A DNA stretch of 64,000 nucleotides, from the NCBI GenBank assembly GCA_963701095.1, contig OY969564.1:320001-384000 (forward strand), in the 5' to 3' direction. Origin of the DNA: an uncultured Methanoregulaceae archaeon (GTDB taxonomy: Archaea > Halobacteriota > Methanomicrobia > Methanomicrobiales > Methanospirillaceae). The position numbers were made by a program, and so were the translations under genes. This document shows positions 20,887-31,117 of the stretch, one piece after another (the stretch's first letter is position 1; every line of letters begins with the position of its first letter). Below the pieces are notes generated by a model. It saw only the letters and a list, made by a program, of their open reading frames with translations. It did no database searches and was not told the origin of the DNA.

Positions 20887-21004
20887 AGGTTCTCAACTTA
20901 ACATCTCATCATTGCTGGATATATTTCAAATTAACTTTATGATGGTCAGGATGAATCGAATGTCCCCGCTTTTTTTATATGTCATCCCGTTAAATCCCTG
21001 ACGT

Positions 21005-21586
21005 ATGACACCAGGGATAATTCTGAAAGCGATGGATTTTCTCACCCATCCTCTGGAAGCATTCAAAAAATCACGGGAAGACGATATGCGGTCAGTCATC
21101 AGATTTTATTTCGCATTCCTGCTGGCAAATGCGGTTCTGACTGCTCTAGCCTCTCTTACGGGTGTTGGTATTTTCGGACTAATCCGGCGATCACTGTATA
21201 TCCACAACCCGGTAATAATCTTTTTCCTTGTCATTCTTAGTGGCATTATCGGCATCCCGCTTCTGGGCGCATGGCTTCATTTGTGGGTCTATATTGCTGG
21301 CGGACGCAAGGGATTCACATTTACTCTAAAAGCTGTGATGTACGGATCAACGCCCGTCCTGCTCTTAAGCTGGATTCCCTTTATTGGAATTATTTTTTAT
21401 CTCTGGGGTGTGATCCTCACTATCTTCGGGATCCATGAGCTTCACGAGATTGATGGTGATCAGGCTGCTTTTGCCGTAATTGTCCCAATTGTTATTGTTG
21501 TTGTCATCATTGTGCTTCTTATTGCACGCTTGTTCCTTGCTGGTGTCCTCACAAATATGCCCCTGACGAGGTTCAGGTATTTCTGA
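21005..21586 (+). CDS. Yip1-domain membrane protein
   Basis: LTHPLEAF, TLKAVMYGSTP, GIHELH. Confidence 0.85.
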   Translation: MTPGIILKAMDFLTHPLEAFKKSREDDMRSVIRFYFAFLLANAVLTALASLTGVGIFGLIRRSLYIHNPVIIFFLVILSGIIGIPLLGAWLHLWVYIAGGRKGFTFTLKAVMYGSTPVLLLSWIPFIGIIFYLWGVILTIFGIHELHEIDGDQAAFAVIVPIVIVVVIIVLLIARLFLAGVLTNMPLTRFRYF

Positions 21587-21699
21587 GCATGACAATCAAC
21601 GAGGAGGATACAAACTCATTGAGAACCAACATGAAAACCATATATGTATGTGGTATGCCTGAGTTGAATACAAAACCAGATCCGATATCGAATAAATAA

Positions 21700-24150
21700 A
21701 TGAGATTGAGAATGCCAGCATCACGAGATTCCCATGAGACTATTGACCGTTATGAGGACATGGGAATCGATGAACTTGTTTCCCGTCTGGCGATTGACAT
21801 TACATCTGGTTTATCTTCAAATGAGCATAAAAAAAGGATTGTTATTGAAGGCTACAATGAAGTCCCGGAAAAAAAAGCCAATCTTTATCTTAATTTTGCA
21901 AAAAAATTCTCTGGTCCCACTGCATGGATGCTTGAAACGGTTATTGTCCTTTCGCTTGTTTTGAGGAATTATGCTGACGTCTATGTGGTCATTGCACTCC
22001 TAATATTAAACGCAGGTCTTGGTTACATTCAGGAACTAAAAGCGTCAAAGGCCGTTGATGCGCTGAAAAAACAGTTGCAGATCAATGCGCGTACTTTACG
22101 CGACGGAATCTGGCAGCTTATTCCAGCGCGTGAGCTCGTTCCTGGCGACATAGTTAGGATACGAGCTGGTGATTTCGTTCCGGCAGATATCAAAGTTCTT
22201 GACGGTAATCTCAATGTCGACCAATCTTCCTTGACTGGAGAATCTCTTTTGATTACAAAAGATCGTTCTCACATGTTATTTTCTGGTTCTATAATAAAAA
22301 CCGGCGAAGCAACAGGCCTTGTTGTCCTGACAGGAACGAAGACTTATTTTGGGAAAACTACTGAGCTCGTGCAGTTTGCCCGCCCACGTCTCCTGGCTGA
22401 GGAAGTAGTATCCCAGGTTGTGAAATGGCTTCTTTTGATTGTCGGTTTTGCACTTGCCATCACTTTCGCCATGTCCTCACTTTCCAGCATGAATATGTTT
22501 AATATTCTTCCCCTGGCGCTCGTACTTCTTGCCTCATCTATCCCAGTCGCTTTACCGGCGATGTTTACCATTACCATGGCTCTTGGATCGGTGGAACTTG
22601 CTAAACACGGTGTCCTGGTAACACGACTGAGTGCATCAGAAGATGCCGCAACCCTGGATACTCTTTGTTTGGATAAGACCGGCACAATAACAATGAACCG
22701 GCTTACAGTAGCCGGCATCGTTACAGAAAACGGCATGAGCGAAGAGGAAGTCCTTATGTACGGAGCGTTAGCGTCTGAAGCTGCAAACCATGACCCAATC
22801 GACTGTGCCTTCCTAGTTACGGTTGACGACCGGAAAATTTCTATGGAGGGATTCGCCCGGCAATCATTTATCCCGTTTGATTCAGCGACCCGGCGAACAG
22901 AAGCAATTATCGAAAAGGACGATAATCGCTACCGTGTTGTAAAAGGTGCAATTGGTGCTGTTGTTGAGCTGACCAGTACCAATCCAACGATTTTGAGAAC
23001 CCAATCGGCCGGATTTGCAGCGAAAGGGTACCGCACTCTTGCCGTTGCCTTAGGTATTAACGAACAACCCTTACGTGTTATCGGTTTGGTCGCCTTGTAC
23101 GACATGCCACGGTCGGACGCCGGGAAACTGATTAGAGATCTCCAGGATCTCGGTATATCGGTCAGGTTGCTGACCGGCGATGCGCTTCCTATAGCTCAGG
23201 AAACAGCACGGCAGGTTGGTTTGCCCGGGATTATCACCGGTGCAGAAGACCTGAAAAAAATTCAGAAAACCGATCCTGTAAAGGCATCTCAGATTATTGA
23301 AGAAAGTGCCGGTTTTGCCAGAATCTATCCCCAAGATAAATACGTGATCGTAAAAAAACTGCAGGAATCCGGCCATGTAGTAGGTATGACCGGAGATGGC
23401 ATAAACGATGCACCATCACTCCGGCAGGCTGAGGTGGGCATCGCAGTCAGTAACGCTACCGATGTTGCAAAAGGGGCGGCAAGTGTTGTCCTGACTGGCG
23501 AAGGACTGGGAAATATTATTAACCTTATCCGGGTAGGTCGGAAAATCCACCAGCGAATGCTGACCTGGATCTTCAACAAGGTTGTAAAGACATTCCAGAT
23601 TGTGGTCTTTGTTGTGGTGGCGTTTCTCATAACCGGACAATTTATTGTCTCGGTGTTCGATGTAGTGCTCCTGCTTTTTGTTATAGATTTTGTTACATTA
23701 TCACTTTCGACTGACAATGTGAGAGGATCAAAACAACCAGACAGCTGGGACATATCGGGACTGGTGAGATCGTCTCTTGTCCTCGGTGTTCTTGTGGTCC
23801 TGGAATCCCTAGCGATCCTTGCTGTCGGTCTCGGACCTCTAGGCCTCACCGGAAAAACGGCAGCAATCCAAACCTTCTCCTTTGCCATTCTTTTCTACTT
23901 TGGTATGCTCACCGTTTTTGTCGTCCGGGAGCGGGGACATTTTTGGGATTCTTTTCCAAGCAGGTCGCTGTTCCTTATCATGCTTGCAGACATGGTTGTC
24001 GTAGCTATACTGGTTACAGTGGGTATTCCCGGGCTAACTGCAATCCCGCCGGTAGATTTACTGACCGTTATCGCTATGTCTGTGTTCTTCTCGTTTTTCA
24101 TCAACGACTTTGTCAAATATTTTATGCTGAGGCCGGGAAAAGACGATTAA
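21700..24150 (+). CDS. P-type ATPase, P3A (H+-efflux) type
   Basis: TGES, IPVALP, DKTGT, KGA, TGD, MTGDGINDAP. Confidence 0.92.
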   Translation: MRLRMPASRDSHETIDRYEDMGIDELVSRLAIDITSGLSSNEHKKRIVIEGYNEVPEKKANLYLNFAKKFSGPTAWMLETVIVLSLVLRNYADVYVVIALLILNAGLGYIQELKASKAVDALKKQLQINARTLRDGIWQLIPARELVPGDIVRIRAGDFVPADIKVLDGNLNVDQSSLTGESLLITKDRSHMLFSGSIIKTGEATGLVVLTGTKTYFGKTTELVQFARPRLLAEEVVSQVVKWLLLIVGFALAITFAMSSLSSMNMFNILPLALVLLASSIPVALPAMFTITMALGSVELAKHGVLVTRLSASEDAATLDTLCLDKTGTITMNRLTVAGIVTENGMSEEEVLMYGALASEAANHDPIDCAFLVTVDDRKISMEGFARQSFIPFDSATRRTEAIIEKDDNRYRVVKGAIGAVVELTSTNPTILRTQSAGFAAKGYRTLAVALGINEQPLRVIGLVALYDMPRSDAGKLIRDLQDLGISVRLLTGDALPIAQETARQVGLPGIITGAEDLKKIQKTDPVKASQIIEESAGFARIYPQDKYVIVKKLQESGHVVGMTGDGINDAPSLRQAEVGIAVSNATDVAKGAASVVLTGEGLGNIINLIRVGRKIHQRMLTWIFNKVVKTFQIVVFVVVAFLITGQFIVSVFDVVLLLFVIDFVTLSLSTDNVRGSKQPDSWDISGLVRSSLVLGVLVVLESLAILAVGLGPLGLTGKTAAIQTFSFAILFYFGMLTVFVVRERGHFWDSFPSRSLFLIMLADMVVVAILVTVGIPGLTAIPPVDLLTVIAMSVFFSFFINDFVKYFMLRPGKDD

Positions 24151-24160
24151 ATAGAGAACA

Positions 24161-25216
24161 TCACCCGTTAAGATTTGCAATCCAGTCCCGGGTCATCATC
24201 ACGGATGAAAACCGCATTGCCTGGGTGACGCAGATCGCCCGGTGCAGTTCTTCTGCTTTTACCGTTCCAGCATAGTTGGTTATATCAAGTGTCCCGGTGG
24301 CATCGGCTATGAACTGAACGGTATATCCCCGGTGGAATGCCTGGCGTGCCGTGGTATCGCAGCACATCTGGGTCATATAGCCAACAATAGTAACTTTAAC
24401 GATCCCGCGCTCCTTGAGCCATCTCCCAAGGCCGGTACCGGAGAAACTTCCCGGCAGGGTCTTTTGGATGAGGACGTCATAAGGACGGTTCTTTATTTCA
24501 TTGAGCAGTTCATACCCTGGCGATCCGATCCGGAATGTCTTGGCATCTGGTGCAGTGCTCCCATGCTGGATCACAACAATGGGAATATGATGATCTTGTG
24601 CGGTATCCATGATCAAAAGAATATTGTTGAGACTGCCCGGCGGGTAAGTAATGGGAATATTACCGGTAAAATACTCGTTCTGGACGTCTATGACGAGTAC
24701 TGCCTCCTTTCCCTCTTTTTCCCGGGCTGCCGGATCTTTATCCTCCGCGGCAAACTGATCACGACTGATTATCATCTGGTAGAACTCTACCGGTTTTCCC
24801 TGAATATCTTCGGTACATTCTCCAACAATCTGGAACGATAGTGATGAATAGAGTTTCTGCGCCCGGAGATTTGTTTTACGTACTATCAAACGGATTGACC
24901 AGATATCCGGGTGGGAAAAACCGTGCCGGAGAGTTAGGAGTGTAATTGTTTTTCCAAGGCCGTGTCCGACCCGTTCCGGGTGCAGAGCAATTCGGAATTC
25001 GGCACTCCCGCCAATTTCGCAGGAAAGGATGGAAAAGCCAACGATGGTATCTGAGTCTTCGGCAATAAATAGCTCGGTTCCCGCTTTTTCGACATATTCA
25101 CCGAGCCAGCCGCTGTCACGAAGGGTATAATCAAGCCCGGAAAACTCTGCGGGATACGGTGGCCACGCTTTGATGATGCTTATATCGGATTTTTGTAAGG
25201 GACGCAGGGAGATCAT
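24161..25216 (-). CDS. GNAT acetyltransferase fused to isochorismatase-family cysteine hydrolase
   Basis: RVGHGLG...NLRAQKLY (GNAT); [22 protein letters not shown] (hydrolase). Confidence 0.88.
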   Translation of the reverse strand: MISLRPLQKSDISIIKAWPPYPAEFSGLDYTLRDSGWLGEYVEKAGTELFIAEDSDTIVGFSILSCEIGGSAEFRIALHPERVGHGLGKTITLLTLRHGFSHPDIWSIRLIVRKTNLRAQKLYSSLSFQIVGECTEDIQGKPVEFYQMIISRDQFAAEDKDPAAREKEGKEAVLVIDVQNEYFTGNIPITYPPGSLNNILLIMDTAQDHHIPIVVIQHGSTAPDAKTFRIGSPGYELLNEIKNRPYDVLIQKTLPGSFSGTGLGRWLKERGIVKVTIVGYMTQMCCDTTARQAFHRGYTVQFIADATGTLDITNYAGTVKAEELHRAICVTQAMRFSSVMMTRDWIANLNG

Positions 25217-25541
25217 GCATGATATTTTTGGTGAGGATATTGAAAAGAGATGTTGTTGATCGTAAAGGAAGTTCTTATCTCGCTATCTTAAACCTATCTT
25301 CTGGAATGATGTGAGTAAACATTGGATGTGTCGGAATTATCCATTATTGTTGAAAAAAAGATTGTTACAATTTTTGATTTTCAGGTAAACATCTTTTAGG
25401 ATCTTTTTTAATTAGAGTTCTAGGGACTGAATTTGTCCTTAAGAAAATCTCAGGATTCAGCTATCTGTCCGAGATCCTTTTGAAGGTTTGTGACGTTGGG
25501 CGGATAGCATTCACGAGCAAAAGCAACAGAGAGTGGAAAGT

Positions 25542-25703
25542 ATGATAGAGATTGTAACCATCATCGAGGGAATTATAGCACTTATAGTGGGGGTCGCCCT
25601 TTTGGCATCTCCTTTACTTGTCATTCAATTACTAGGAATTTTTGTGATTTTAGTGGGCGGGATTGTCGTTAGTAAAGGTCTTGTCAAAAAGTTTAGAGAT
25701 TGA
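25542..25703 (+). CDS. 53-aa two-TM membrane microprotein (not in ORF track)
   Basis: MIEIVTIIEGIIALIVGVALLASPLLVIQLLGIFVILVGGIVVSKGLVKKFRD*. Confidence 0.6.
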   Translation: MIEIVTIIEGIIALIVGVALLASPLLVIQLLGIFVILVGGIVVSKGLVKKFRD

Positions 25704-25845
25704 CCGGAGATTGATTCTTTTTCACTCTATCCGGAAAGTAAAACAAACAGACTTTTCAATATCTCTTAATTTTTAATATTCTTAATATTGCAAATTTTGC
25801 AAAAAATGGGGAGATTTTTATTTTCCATTAATGAAAAGAAGTTTG

Positions 25846-25883
25846 TCCCCGTATATAGTAAAAATGATATGTGGGGAATGGAG
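25846..25883 (+). promoter_or_regulatory. 5'-leader hairpin, copy 1
   Basis: TCCCCGTATAT / ATATGTGGGGA stem with two G-U pairs, loop AGTAAAAATG, followed by GGAG. Confidence 0.55.
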
Positions 25884-25889
25884 TCGTAT

Positions 25890-26105
25890 ATGCCTGTAAA
25901 AAAACCAAAGATCAGCAAGGCCGGGAAAGCACAAAAAATATCTGACAAGGCTACGCTAAAAATGCATAACGATGTCACTGCATCACTTGAGCAGTTGGAA
26001 CATCCTGAAGTGAAAGCGAAGAAAAAATCAGGTTTCCATAATGCCATTTCTACAGTTAGAAATGTAGTAGCACGGAAGCCAGAAAAAAAATTGAAAAGGA
26101 AATGA
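25890..26105 (+). CDS. Lys-rich hydrophilic small protein (family with 52909 and 53578)
   Basis: GGAG RBS; KAQKISDKATLKMHNDVTASLEQLEHP motif. Confidence 0.75.
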   Translation: MPVKKPKISKAGKAQKISDKATLKMHNDVTASLEQLEHPEVKAKKKSGFHNAISTVRNVVARKPEKKLKRK

Positions 26106-26119
26106 TTGCCGGGTGAGTT

Positions 26120-26275
26120 ATGTTTGATCTAATCTATCTCGCGGTAATTTTCCTTATCCTTGCCCTGATTTTTTATATAGTAGGTGCTCGGGGTATAGCC
26201 GGCTTTTCCATGGAAATCGCAAAGTGGCTCGTAATTATCTTTGTTATAGTTGCTGTAATCACATTTCTGTTGTAA
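26120..26275 (+). CDS. DUF1328 / UPF0391 (YtjA-like) small membrane protein
   Basis: [38 protein letters not shown]. Confidence 0.85.
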   Translation: MFDLIYLAVIFLILALIFYIVGARGIAGFSMEIAKWLVIIFVIVAVITFLL

Positions 26276-26408
26276 CGGGAGGAACAAAGAAAATAAAAAC
26301 TTTTTCCAAGGTTATTGCTAAGGTACTGAAACCGGGCGTTCTGATACAAAAATTTTGGAACATTAGGTCAGATGGAAATTTGAAGAAAATTCAGGGGAGA
26401 AACAAACA

Positions 26409-26564
26409 ATGGCTGATCTCATCCAATTTGCTGTGATTTTTCTTATACTTGCTCTGATTTGTTTTATGGTGGGTATAAAAGGTATAGCCGGGCTCACTAT
26501 GGATATCGCAAAATGGCCCGTCGTGATACTCATTGCAATGGCTATACTCCTTCTCGTATGGTAA
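26409..26564 (+). CDS. DUF1328 / UPF0391 small membrane protein, second copy
   Basis: [29 protein letters not shown]; same 156-nt length as the first copy. Confidence 0.8.
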   Translation: MADLIQFAVIFLILALICFMVGIKGIAGLTMDIAKWPVVILIAMAILLLVW

Positions 26565-26727
26565 CCGGGAGATAAGAGAAAAATCAGTCCAGGTGTATAT
26601 TTAGCAGTGCTTTGAACTGTGGTCATTCATAGGGGCACTCTTGGATTGTATACACTTGGATTTAGGATTATGATACAGATGCTATTATATGGGAAGATAG
26701 AAATCCCCATACCGAGGTAACCATTCT

Positions 26728-27063
26728 ATGAAAATCTTTAACAGCGCATTTCTGGGAAGGACGTATTATAAATTTACTTTAGGATGGCAGATTATCAATC
26801 TCCCTCTCGCTTTCATCGGTTTTCTGACCTTTGCTAAAGTCTGGCAACCCACCATTGAATATTTCAAAATACCCTTTATCGCGGTGCTCATCGGATTTCC
26901 TCTCGTACTCATATTGATCGGTTTTGTAATTGGCGATCTAATGATTAAAAAGAAAGTTCAGTCGGAAATAAACAGTTTGGTAAACCAAGAAGCCAATCCG
27001 CAGTTTTTTGAGTTGTGCGCCGATGTAAAAGACATCAAAGAAAAGCTACGGATCAAAGAATAA
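26728..27063 (+). CDS. Two-TM hypothetical protein with charged C-terminus
   Basis: GAGGT RBS, two hydrophobic helices. Confidence 0.7.
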   Translation: MKIFNSAFLGRTYYKFTLGWQIINLPLAFIGFLTFAKVWQPTIEYFKIPFIAVLIGFPLVLILIGFVIGDLMIKKKVQSEINSLVNQEANPQFFELCADVKDIKEKLRIKE

Positions 27064-27145
27064 AATTTATGATGCGGATTTACGATAAATTACCAAAAAG
27101 CCGGATTTGAAAAAATGGATGTGTGAGCACACAAAACTATATTCA

Positions 27146-27161
27146 GGATGCGCCGACCGGG
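27146..27161. repeat. att direct repeat (distal copy of tRNA-Gly 3' end)
   Basis: 16-bp exact match to 42168-42183. Confidence 0.88.
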
Positions 27162-27327
27162 CTTTAGGCCATTACGTCAGAAGCCCTTACCAAAATTATA
27201 TGTCTTTATTGCAAACGCGCATAAAAAAAAATAAAAAATAACAAATATTCGAAATATGCCGCACTCATTATTGAAAGGACCACGAAGGAAAGGTTCCGAT
27301 TGAAAAGGTAGTATCTTTACTCTCATG

Positions 27328-29214
27328 TTATAATCCCGGAAATCCTCCATGTGGCAGAGGTATATCGGTTTCTGGAGGAGAATCCATATGGAAGATTTTC
27401 GCATGCATCCAGATGCAACGTAAAAGTTGATTTTCATCTCCATTGAAGAAATCGGATCCTTTGATTTTCTTACCAATATTCATTAAGTACGCTTTGACAG
27501 GGTCGGGAAATTTCAATTTCACACCTTCTCTGCTGAAACCACCAGAGTGAATCCATACACGGGACATCAATGGATAAGATGGTGATGTTACAACCTCATC
27601 ATGTGCATTTAGATATGAAAGCCCGGATAAGTATTCAAAAATGTCAAACGCCGAATCAAAATAGATCTCGCTTGGGATAAGCGGTTTGATAATATTGTGG
27701 ATAACTTTGGCGGGATAAGAAATAGGGTCTTCTCGCATTCCAAATCTTTCTAAACAGAAATCAAGTATCCACTGCTCACTTGTCCATAAAATACTCCAGA
27801 CATTTACGTCTTCAATGTATGGAAAATATTTCCAGGCAAATAACACATCAGCATCATATCGCCTTTGCCGTGGCTTCTCCAAAACAGCTGTAAGACTATT
27901 AAAGTTTCCCTTATGGACAGCTGTGATTCCTGAAGCATAGATCACAAGTAATCCCGGGTAGAATCGTAATTTATTGAGATATTTGTTTAAATCCGTTGCA
28001 TAAGTTCCATTAACTCTTTGTCCGTCATGAAGAAAAGAAGGATCGATTGTCTGCAAATTGATTAACCGATCAATTGTTTCAGTTATTAAATCTGAATAAG
28101 TTCCATTGTCATAATAGGATATTGTTGCAACCATCGCAACGAGAGGAGCAGATATTCGTTCAAGTTCTTCCAACCGGTTCTTAAAACACGTTTTCCCATC
28201 AATCGGGCCATGAGGGACAAAATCAGAACGATTCACTTCCGAAAAGATCCGATCTGTTTCATTACGAAGGAGGTCGGATAGAACCATTTCCGGTCTAGGA
28301 TCTCTAAATGCATCCTTGGCCTTTTTGATAGCACTTTCCGCTGAAAGAGGAGCAATTCTTTCATGTCGCCGTAATATATCTATCCTTGATTCGAGATCCT
28401 CAAAAAACTCATTTGCTGAAATAATACCTATAGTCGAAAGATGTAGTTTGGATCTGATTTCTTCCGGAATTGTCTCGGGCGACTCTCTGACGCACCAAAA
28501 GATCGCAAATCTTCGAATCCTCTTACCGGTCAAAATTTTTACAAGACCAGTATCATGTTTTCCAGACCATCCACAAATGACCAAACCATATTCTGAAAAG
28601 ATACGATCAAGATAATCTGAAAGTTTTTCATCGTATGTGTTGAGATCATCCGGGGTTAACTTCAAATCGGTGGTGGGATATCTTCCATTAACCATTACAA
28701 TTCGACACCGATCTCCGGTAACTTCCATCACTCTGAGATCGCTTTCATGAGTGATGACAACAGGAGTTTTTCCCGTTTCTTGTTTTATTGCTTCTTCAAT
28801 AAGTGGATCAAAATTCGTCGTAATAATCATACTGATTATGCCGTCTCTAACGAGCCTTGCAATACTTACATGCGCAGGAGTTGGTGTAATCTTGGGGGGT
28901 TGATCCGGTGTAATATCCGGTTCAAAATAACGACTGAGAATGGCTTTGCGATCATCGTCAGATTTTGCTAACTCGTCAAATAGCCGGGAAAACGTCGGAG
29001 CCCTCCCGTCATGTGTTTCTTTATACCAATCTTGAGGGTTCTGACCGGATTTTATCCCTTTTCCGGCTATTTGGCGAATCAGATCATCGGTTATATCCCC
29101 AGCAGTAGGAATGCCTGCCTCTTGGGAGATACCAGAGCCAACAAGAAGGGCATATCTTCTTGGAGAGTTATGTAAGGCAAGAGCGACAGGAATTACTTCG
29201 TCGGGGGATGGCAT
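27328..29214 (-). CDS. SIR2-like (SIR2_2) domain protein with long C-terminal region
   Basis: ALLVGSGIS...AGIPT, ITTNFD, VICGWSG. Confidence 0.88.
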   Translation of the reverse strand: MPSPDEVIPVALALHNSPRRYALLVGSGISQEAGIPTAGDITDDLIRQIAGKGIKSGQNPQDWYKETHDGRAPTFSRLFDELAKSDDDRKAILSRYFEPDITPDQPPKITPTPAHVSIARLVRDGIISMIITTNFDPLIEEAIKQETGKTPVVITHESDLRVMEVTGDRCRIVMVNGRYPTTDLKLTPDDLNTYDEKLSDYLDRIFSEYGLVICGWSGKHDTGLVKILTGKRIRRFAIFWCVRESPETIPEEIRSKLHLSTIGIISANEFFEDLESRIDILRRHERIAPLSAESAIKKAKDAFRDPRPEMVLSDLLRNETDRIFSEVNRSDFVPHGPIDGKTCFKNRLEELERISAPLVAMVATISYYDNGTYSDLITETIDRLINLQTIDPSFLHDGQRVNGTYATDLNKYLNKLRFYPGLLVIYASGITAVHKGNFNSLTAVLEKPRQRRYDADVLFAWKYFPYIEDVNVWSILWTSEQWILDFCLERFGMREDPISYPAKVIHNIIKPLIPSEIYFDSAFDIFEYLSGLSYLNAHDEVVTSPSYPLMSRVWIHSGGFSREGVKLKFPDPVKAYLMNIGKKIKGSDFFNGDENQLLRCIWMHAKIFHMDSPPETDIPLPHGGFPGL

Positions 29215-29215
29215 A

Positions 29216-30014
29216 TTAATGTCTCTGACTGATATTCATCGTCTGGTAACAATCGTAACAAACAGGTTTCGCATACGAGATTGAACCTTTCTTTTCACCA
29301 CATGAATGACAAAAATGCTCTTTGTAGTTAGGATCCTTGTATTGTGCCCAGATAGGGTAGCAGTTGTTACAGAGGGGCCTGTCAGTGTTAAACTTATCCA
29401 TTGGAGTACCACATCGGATACAATACGCCTCTTCACCTAGTACCTGACTCAACCAAATTATCAATCAGGCCTTTATTTTGTGTCATCTTCGGCTTCCGCA
29501 GTGGTTTTTGCGGAGTGTATTTCGAAGAAGCATCATGAGGTTTGGATATAGCAGATTTACGAACTATTTTCGGGTTCTCCTGGCTCTGTTTCAAGATCAT
29601 CTGAACCTCCTCATAGGCTGAGCCGTATATCCCGGGATCTTCGGCTTTGGTAAATCGAATCCCCATTTCCCAGTTGTGTGTCTGTGAGTGTTCATGCAGA
29701 TTCATTGAAGTTATAAGGCCCTCATTTTCGTTGAGAAAACACTTTGCATGGAGATCTGCGCAGACACGGATGTTGGCATTCTTAAGATCTCGAAAAAATT
29801 GCATGTCGGCGTCGTCAACGTTTTTATCGGTTCCACTCTCCACGCGTGAGATTATTGTGAAGTTGATCCCGCGAGTATCGATGTTTTTCAGATAATTCTT
29901 GGTTTGTTGCGGAATTTTGAGGTACGGCGCTACGATGAAAAGTTCAGTGCGTGCCCCATTAATGATTTCAGTAATCGTGCCGTAAGACATTGCACCATTT
30001 ACAAACTTAGCCAT
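29216..30014 (-). CDS. PLD-family nuclease fused to C-terminal Zn-ribbon repeats, frameshift near 29450
   Basis: IVAPY, LHAKCFLNE, ITSMNL, NWEMG; then CIRC, CNNC, CHSC, CYDC in the next frame. Confidence 0.8.
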
Positions 30015-30272
30015 GTTTTCTCAATCTGCTATGTACTTGGACTAGGGATAAGATTTTGGCTCATATGGATACAGATTACGCTATAGATTTAATGAAGAAA
30101 GGGGAATGATGTGAAGAAACAACACGCTCCAACGCCCCAAAACAACAAGCCCTGTGGGACGTAAGACTATTCAAGTATAAGCCTTTTGTCTTTTGAAATA
30201 TCTTCAATATCCGTAGTGGCACTCTACAATTAACAATAAGATTATTTCGAATGGCTTAAAATTATAAAATAT

Positions 30273-31106
30273 ATGAAAAAGTGTCCAAAATATGGGGAAT
30301 CACTTCTATCTGACGATACTAAAAATTGCAATGATTGTAAAACTATCCTATTGGTTATAATATTTGTTTTGATGTTGGGCTCTTTATTAATTGGGATATT
30401 TATTGGATACCTGATTGAAGAGAACCTCTATTCTGATAACCAAAAGATGGACACAGCAATTCAATTTTTATTACCTGCAATTCATGATGCCGGCCAAATG
30501 AGAATAAACCAAATTGTAAACCAAACCTCTGATTTGGGTCAAAATTCGACTAGATTGAATGCGATGGCTGAATTAATCAAAAACGATTTTACTTCACCCG
30601 ATTGGAATAATGCAATTTACACTCAAATGTCTCCAACAGGATCATCTTATTTAGTTGATGCACGAGGTCGTATAAGGCAAAATATTCGCGATAATGATAC
30701 CTTTGATTTAAGTACAATTCCTGATTGGGTTGCCTTTGAGAGAACCGGAAGATGTGAAGAAATGTCTGTTTTATTTTATGCTGTGGCTACCAAAGCTGGA
30801 TTTAATATGCATGTTGTCGGAGCTGCTGGAATAGGTCATTGGTGGAACGAGGTGGAAATTAACAACGATTGGAAATACTTCGATCTCCAACGATATGGTG
30901 AAGTCAATGGAGTGGGAGATCAATCCCAATGGTTTGGAAATAGATCTAATTTTTCTAAAAACGTTGGATATCCAATTGACAATTTAACCAAATCTGGTAT
31001 TTGCGTTCATGATTTACAAGAAAATGCCGATATCGAAGACATAACAAATGCATATGACCCTCTTAACACGTCAATGCACGGAAGTTGCAAGGTTATGACC
31101 AACTAA
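30273..31106 (+). CDS. Membrane-anchored transglutaminase-like protein
   Basis: N-terminal TM helix; GRCEE, HWWNEV, WKYFD Cys-His-Asp triad. Confidence 0.8.
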   Translation: MKKCPKYGESLLSDDTKNCNDCKTILLVIIFVLMLGSLLIGIFIGYLIEENLYSDNQKMDTAIQFLLPAIHDAGQMRINQIVNQTSDLGQNSTRLNAMAELIKNDFTSPDWNNAIYTQMSPTGSSYLVDARGRIRQNIRDNDTFDLSTIPDWVAFERTGRCEEMSVLFYAVATKAGFNMHVVGAAGIGHWWNEVEINNDWKYFDLQRYGEVNGVGDQSQWFGNRSNFSKNVGYPIDNLTKSGICVHDLQENADIEDITNAYDPLNTSMHGSCKVMTN

Positions 31107-31117
31107 TTTTTTATTCG

